Shown here: one piece after another, positions 43,433-64,000 of the stretch | Position numbering within the stretch: the first letter of the stretch is position 1 | How the letters are laid out: each line of letters begins with the position of its first letter | Assembly: GCA_951406725.2 (NCBI GenBank) | Contig: OX597839.1 | Coordinates: 31,000,001-31,064,000 of the forward strand | Origin: Octopus vulgaris | Taxonomy: Eukaryota | Reading direction: 5' to 3' | Length of the DNA: 64,000 nt | Translations under genes and position numbers: made by a program | The notes under the pieces: model-generated | Seen by the model: the letters and a program-made list of their open reading frames with translations, nothing else | What the model was told of the DNA's origin: nothing | Databases searched by the model: none

Positions 43433-43491
43433 AATGAAGATGTTGGAGATGACGACACACACACACACACACGCACGCAAAGGTTATATAA

Positions 43492-43895
43492 TTCTTTTAT
43501 TTGTTTCAGTCATTTGACTGCGGCCATGCTGGAGCACCGCCTTTAGTCGAGCAAATCGACCCCGGGACTTATTCTTTGTAAGCCCAGTACTTATTCTATC
43601 GGTCTCTTTGGCCGAACCGCTAAGTGACGGGGACGTAAACACACCAGCATCGGTTGTCAAGCAATGCTAGAGGGACAAACACACACACACACACAAACAT
43701 ACACGCAAACATATATATATATACATATATACGACGGGCTTCTTTCAGTTTCCGTCTACCAAATCCACTCACAAGGCATTGGTCGGCCCGGGGCTATAGC
43801 AGAAGACACTTGCCCAAGATACCACGCAGTAGGACTGAACCCAGAACCATGTGGTTGGTTAGCAAGCTACTTACCACGCAGCCACTCCTGCGCCT
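43492..43895 (-). mobile_element. Full-length tRNA-derived SINE (octopus-type family 1)
   Basis: Head GGCGCAGGAGTGGCTGCGTGG with Pol III B-box-like GGTTCAGTCC; tail GACTGAAACAAATAAAAGAA; many other copies in the window. Confidence 0.85.
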
Positions 43896-44158
43896 ATAAT
43901 GTTGAGAAAAGTTGTAAACATGTGACATAACATTAACAGAATTTACTTTTATTTCTATTTGTTTCAGCCAGAGGCTGTGTCCATACTGGAGCACCACAAG
44001 ACAATATAATGAAACCAGTAAAAACAACCCCCCAAAAAAAAACCAACAAAAAAGAACTCTGGTGATATTATACAAATTAAGACCGGCCTTCAAACACCTC
44101 GTTTAATATCGTTAACGAGTCATCTAACGTTTTCTTCTTTGTTTTTCTTTTTCTTTTT

Positions 44159-44164
44159 TTTATT
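44159..44164 (-). promoter_or_regulatory. Candidate polyadenylation signal of the CYP gene
   Basis: AATAAA on the minus strand about 125 nt after the stop codon. Confidence 0.4.
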
Positions 44165-44286
44165 TGTAACACTTGTGTCTTAAATTCATTTTTGGTTTTC
44201 TCTCTTTCTTTCTCCCCACGACCACCACCGCTGAATATAATTAATTTATCGCAGTAATTGCTGGAATAATAACATTTTAAAAAATT

Positions 44287-63997
<19,711 letters not shown>

Positions 63998-64000
63998 CTG

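Overview
Repeat-rich, AT-rich animal genomic DNA. The microsatellite load and the SINE families point to an octopod cephalopod (Octopus-like; inference). Most entries in the ORF track are microsatellite artefacts. Splicing by hand (GT-AG boundaries plus codon phase) recovers two minus-strand genes. (1) A complete 22-exon gene at 35115-6354 (4521 nt, about 1506 aa) encoding a signal-peptide protein with two tandem Hedgehog-N ('Hedge')-like domains followed by a bacterial-type peptidase M15A-like domain. All three domains appear to have lost their zinc ligands, and I see no Hint domain or transmembrane segment. (2) The last 12 exons of a clan-3 (CYP3A-like) cytochrome P450 at 63997-44287, in which Asn replaces the conserved I-helix Thr. 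Introns and intergenic DNA hold tRNA-derived SINEs, decayed RTE, CR1-like, Dong/R4, Penelope-like, mariner and Helitron fragments, MITEs, long hairpins, and at least one well-formed type I hammerhead ribozyme motif. Coordinates were read by eye; repeat boundaries are approximate.
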